12,318 bases of DNA from Bdellovibrionota bacterium (lineage in GTDB: Bacteria > Bdellovibrionota > UBA1018 > UBA923), in assembly GCA_040754655.1 (NCBI GenBank), contig JBFMCE010000105.1, positions 1 to 12,318 on the forward strand. Direction: 5' to 3'. Of the stretch, positions 9,578 to 12,318 are shown in pieces. How positions within the stretch are numbered: position 1 is the stretch's first letter; each line of letters begins with the position of its first letter. The position numbers and the translations under genes were made by a program. The notes under the pieces were generated by a model, which saw only the letters and a program-made list of their open reading frames with translations, was not told the DNA's origin and did not search any database.

Positions 9578-9675
9578 TTTTGCGTTCAGACGAGGAAAAC
9601 GAGCCTTTGCGAACGCAAGCGTACAAAAAGTACGCTGAGGAGCAAAGGTGAGTTTGACGAAGTATGAGCGCAAAA
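9578..9675 (+). other. ~98-nt rod-like structured element between rpoD and the tRNA
   Basis: Nested stems 9578-9588/9665-9675, 9597-9600/9652-9655, 9603-9610/9642-9649 and 9618-9624/9630-9636 (AGCGTAC-AAAAA-GTACGCT). Confidence 0.6.
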
Positions 9676-9687
9676 GAACAAGTAAGC

Positions 9688-9764
9688 GGGCCCATAGCTC
9701 AGTTGGTTAGAGCTTCCGGCTCATAACCGGGTGGTCGCAGGTTCGAGTCCTGCTGGGCCCACCA
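9688..9764 (+). tRNA. ileX: tRNA with CAT anticodon, most likely tRNA-Ile2 (lysidine-modified)
   Basis: 77-nt cloverleaf with GGGCCCA/TGGGCCC acceptor stem, anticodon CAT at 9722-9724, GGTTCGAGTCC T-arm and encoded CCA. C4-G69 and C5-G68 (TilS determinants) are present, initiator features are absent, and the position after rpoD matches E. coli ileX. Confidence 0.93.
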
Positions 9765-11431
9765 TTTGTCAAGCTGTTCGAACCATGGAACGCAAGAAGA
9801 TTTGAATGTCTCGACAAATGGTTTTGATTGGCAAGGTCGGTTCCCGTGCCCGCAAGTGGCGGGCGGGAGCCGACCGAAGCCAGCTCCCTTTCGATGTGAT
9901 CTCTCCCAATCAGATATTCGAGTTTGAACCCGTCTTTAGTGATTTTGATTTGATGGATCAGAGTTTGGATGACTTTACTGCAAGCGATTTCATCTTTGGC
10001 GACCTTGGTCAGGCCGACCAAGAGCGTACGGTAGCTTGAAAGACTTGCGGGCATTTGCTGGAAACCCAATTCTCTTTCTAAGTGTCTGAGTCGCTGACCT
10101 TCCTCCTTTTTTATTGCTTCGATTTTCTCCATCTGACGGAACACGGGTTCAGCCGAAACATTCTTGGGGAGTTGGGCTAATCTCTCGGCAAGAACCTCAA
10201 GTTGTCCATTCAGAGAATTTATTTTCTCCCGAGTTCGTTTGAGCTCCGTATTTTGAGTGCGCTTTACGTGGATCTGATTTGCTTTTTCGAGGATGAGTTC
10301 GGCAGTGGCTGGATTTTTGATTAGGTCACCCACTTTCTCCCAGACAGTCGGCTCTAGTCTCTTTGCTTGGACTCGAAACGGTGAACAATTGAAGCACTTC
10401 TTTACAAGACAGCCCTCCCTCCTCGTAGCCCAACCATGTTCGTAGTACGGAACTTTGCCAGCATTTCCGTGTGCTGATTTCCCAACCATTCTCTCGCCAC
10501 AACTCTCGCAAGAGACAAGTCCTGTTAAAAGGAAGGGATACCGCTTTTCATTTTCAGGCTTTCTTTTTCGATTTCTTTTCAGGATTTCTTGCACACGGCA
10601 AAACGTCAGTTCGTCGATGATGGGTTCCCATGCAGCCTTGGTTTCTCTTTTTTCTCCTTTGACTTTGTAGATTCGAATTCCAAGATAGGCTTTGTTTGTG
10701 AGTAAGTCGGAGAGATTTTGAACCGTAAAATGACCAAGTCTTGGTTTGCTACCACCTCCCGATGTTTTTCGACACACTCTGTAATTGTTCGCATTGAGCC
10801 ATTTGGCTGCGTGACTGAGAGATTTCTTTTGGAGAAGTGTTTTGAAAGCCGCTTTTACGATCTCCGCTTGCTCAGGGTCAATCTCCAAGAAACCTCGCTT
10901 TTCGGGAATAAGTTTATAGCCAATGGGCAATACCCCTCCGTTGTAAAGGCCGCGGGCTGCCCTTGTTTGAAAATGCGCAGCCACTCTTTCGGAGACTTGG
11001 CGTCTTTCAAACTGAGCAATGTTGGCAACGGTGTAGAGAACCATTTCTCCTGCCGCTGTTGTCGTGTCGAAGTTTTCGCGGAGACTCATGAATTGGCAGT
11101 TACACGCCTGCATCAGTTCCCAAATCGATGCGAAGTCTTTGATGGATCTCGAAAGCCTGGAAAGTTCAGTGACCATCACTAGACTGATTTCTCGTCTCCT
11201 AATGGCCGAGAGCATTCTTTGAAGTTCTGGCCGGTTCGTATCTTTTCCGGAACGGGCTCGATCAATAAAAACGTCAGAGACTTCTCCAAAAGAAGATTCT
11301 CCATTTTTGAAACGAATCATCTCCCGGAGTCGTTCCTCTTGGTTCTTGATCGATCCTTCCGGATTCTCTGCCTGTTCCTCAGTCGAAACGCGAATGTAGA
11401 GCGCAATTTTGTGAGCGATGGATTTACTCAT
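9707..11431 (-). CDS. Large serine recombinase (resolvase + recombinase + zinc-ribbon/coiled-coil), 574 aa
   Basis: ALYIRVSTEEQ (catalytic Ser), SGKDTNRPEL, LSRLSRS, AQFERRQVSER, G...GG..PIGY, LLTGLVSCESCG, then a coiled coil. Start moved to ATG 11431 (AAAGGAGG RBS). The TAA stop lies in the tRNA D-loop antisense. Confidence 0.93.
   Translation of the reverse strand: MSKSIAHKIALYIRVSTEEQAENPEGSIKNQEERLREMIRFKNGESSFGEVSDVFIDRARSGKDTNRPELQRMLSAIRRREISLVMVTELSRLSRSIKDFASIWELMQACNCQFMSLRENFDTTTAAGEMVLYTVANIAQFERRQVSERVAAHFQTRAARGLYNGGVLPIGYKLIPEKRGFLEIDPEQAEIVKAAFKTLLQKKSLSHAAKWLNANNYRVCRKTSGGGSKPRLGHFTVQNLSDLLTNKAYLGIRIYKVKGEKRETKAAWEPIIDELTFCRVQEILKRNRKRKPENEKRYPFLLTGLVSCESCGERMVGKSAHGNAGKVPYYEHGWATRREGCLVKKCFNCSPFRVQAKRLEPTVWEKVGDLIKNPATAELILEKANQIHVKRTQNTELKRTREKINSLNGQLEVLAERLAQLPKNVSAEPVFRQMEKIEAIKKEEGQRLRHLERELGFQQMPASLSSYRTLLVGLTKVAKDEIACSKVIQTLIHQIKITKDGFKLEYLIGRDHIERELASVGSRPPLAGTGTDLANQNHLSRHSNLLAFHGSNSLTNGGPSRTRTCDHPVMSRKL
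9740..9784. other. Putative hybrid attachment site (attL/attR) of the serine recombinase
   Basis: Inverted pair GGTTCGA (9740-9746, tRNA T-arm) and TCGAACC (9778-9784, element side) flanks the tRNA 3' end within a 45-bp span. Confidence 0.5.
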
Positions 11432-11636
11432 GTGTACCAGTCCTCCTTTGAGCGGGTTCGAGGTTGCTTGGAGAAATACCGGCATTAATAGGTTTGGCTT
11501 TGATTTTGGATCTGTCGAGCTGGCAAAAAAGATCATAGAGGACTTCTGCCAGTTCTGCAATTCGTTGATTGTATTCGTCTTGGTTTATAGTCATAGGAAT
11601 GCATTGAATGATTTGGGGTTTCCATCCCTTTCTCAT
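11424..11636 (-). CDS. Small hypothetical protein (70 aa) coupled to the recombinase
   Basis: GGAG RBS 6 nt before the ATG. 8-nt overlap (ATGAGTAA) with the recombinase start. Amphipathic helix EYNQRIAELAEVLYDLFCQL. Confidence 0.65.
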   Translation of the reverse strand: MRKGWKPQIIQCIPMTINQDEYNQRIAELAEVLYDLFCQLDRSKIKAKPINAGISPSNLEPAQRRTGTHE

Positions 11637-11661
11637 TCGTACTCCGTGTAAAAATTGTACT

Positions 11662-11774
11662 GCCCTGCACCCGCACCAGCTTTTATCGACCGGAAGCGCT
11701 GACCACTCTCACTCGTAGAGGGGGAGTGGTCAGCGGTGGAGATCGATCATTCGAAGAATGTGCGGGTGCAGGGC
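11662..11774. other. 113-nt branched inverted-repeat structure in the element intergenic region
   Basis: Perfect 15-bp outer IR (11662-11676/11760-11774), perfect 12-bp inner IR (11697-11708/11724-11735), ATCGA/TCGAT, and a mini-hairpin at 11748-11760. Confidence 0.8.
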
Positions 11775-11787
11775 TTTGTTTATAAAG

Positions 11788-12117
11788 TCATGGATTTAGC
11801 GAAGAATTGCCGTGCTTAAAAACTGGCCACTTACATCGAACACTGTCTGGTGAAATTCCCATCCGTATTCTGCCATGCTTCGTCAGTTGGAAACCCCAGC
11901 CTAGAAAAGGGGTTCGATAGAAAAAGCGAACAAGTTTCATCTTCTGGAGAATTCTCATTCTCCGAAAATGATGATGGTTGTTCTTTCCAGGCCAAAACGC
12001 TTGCCTGATTTTTTCGTAGTTTGGATGCGTTTGTGTGGCAATGAATTCTAAAATTCGGAGATCGCGCTTAGTCAGTCTGTGTCGCATGAGACGGGAGTTG
12101 ATCTCCAGTAGTTCCAT
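11788..12117 (-). CDS. Small basic winged-helix protein resembling the N-terminal domain of Replic_Relax proteins (109 aa)
   Basis: LTKRDLRILEFI...IRQAFW...RRMRILQKMKLV...FQLTKHG pattern. ATG 12117 is preceded by GGGAAGGAG and preferred over 12144. Confidence 0.6.
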   Translation of the reverse strand: MELLEINSRLMRHRLTKRDLRILEFIATQTHPNYEKIRQAFWPGKNNHHHFRRMRILQKMKLVRFFYRTPFLGWGFQLTKHGRIRMGISPDSVRCKWPVFKHGNSSLNP

Positions 12118-12238
12118 ATGAAATCTCCTTCCCAAACCTTTCATCTCGGTTCTCGGGTGGATCGTAAAAGCAATCTAAGGGCCAAAGGGCTAGCTTTGAA
12201 AAAAGTTGAATGATTTCAGCAAAAGCCTTATTCCGGGG

Positions 12239-12300
12239 GTGGCCCAAATTTGAGCCACTGGCTCAAATTACGGCCGGGGTGTGGCTCAGTTTTCGGCCAC
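12239..12300. repeat. Three ~20-bp quasi-palindromic repeats (iteron/operator-like)
   Basis: GTGGCCCAAATTTGAGCCAC (12239-12258), CTGGCTCAAATTACGGCCGG (12258-12277), GTGGCTCAGTTTTCGGCCAC (12281-12300). Confidence 0.7.
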
Positions 12301-12318
12301 TTGTTTTCAAGGATGAGG

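Larger units (their letters stand above)
9760..12318 (-). mobile_element. Edge of a probable integrative element / genomic island inserted at the tRNA 3' end; continues beyond the window
   Basis: A recombinase abuts and points into the tRNA. Housekeeping genes give way abruptly to small accessory ORFs, a Replic_Relax-like wHTH and repeats. The other end is not visible. Confidence 0.75.

Noticed and set aside
9688..9764. tRNA-fMet or elongator tRNA-Met assignment
   Set aside because: There is no C1:A72 mismatch or GGG/CCC anticodon stem. The acceptor stem and position favour Ile2, although elongator Met is not absolutely excluded.
11432..11560. N-terminal extension of the recombinase
   Set aside because: A strong AAAGGAGG RBS precedes ATG 11431, the catalytic YxRVS motif is normally near the N-terminus, and the extension overlaps the 70-aa ORF.
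131..11651. Numerous antisense or out-of-frame ORFs (e.g. 131-448, 3137-3523, 4842-5213, 6451-6924, 7926-8399, 9375-9695, 10718-11182)
   Set aside because: They are shadows of well-supported genes and have no recognisable motifs.
11662..11774. Simple rho-independent terminator or retron msr-msd
   Set aside because: The branched architecture has no clear U-tract, and no reverse transcriptase is present in the window.
12239..12300. CRISPR array
   Set aside because: The units are nearly adjacent with no spacers, are degenerate, and no cas genes are visible.

Overview
Bacterial chromosomal window with three parts. The RpoD/IscS/Rrf2 sequences look deltaproteobacteria-like, possibly Bdellovibrionota/Oligoflexia (inference only). 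(1) 1-4329, minus strand: a tightly coupled run of Rrf2 regulator, iscS, iscA, 2Fe-2S ferredoxin, an orphan OppA-type binding protein and a pair of MaoC/hot-dog dehydratase genes. It lacks iscU/hscBA. (2) 4579-9764, plus strand: rpsU-yqeY-3-methyladenine glycosylase-dnaG-rpoD followed by tRNA(CAT), most likely tRNA-Ile2. The AT-rich divergent intergenic region carries a perfect 37-bp palindrome and a degenerate second copy. (3) About 9760 to the window end: the edge of a probable integrated element. Its large serine recombinase ORF runs antisense through the tRNA and stops inside it. The element also carries an inverted copy of the tRNA T-arm sequence at att-like spacing, a small coupled ORF, a 113-nt branched structure with two C-GNA-G loops, a Replic_Relax-like wHTH gene and three ~20-bp palindromic repeats. 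The tRNA-targeting serine-integrase module is the most interesting candidate system.
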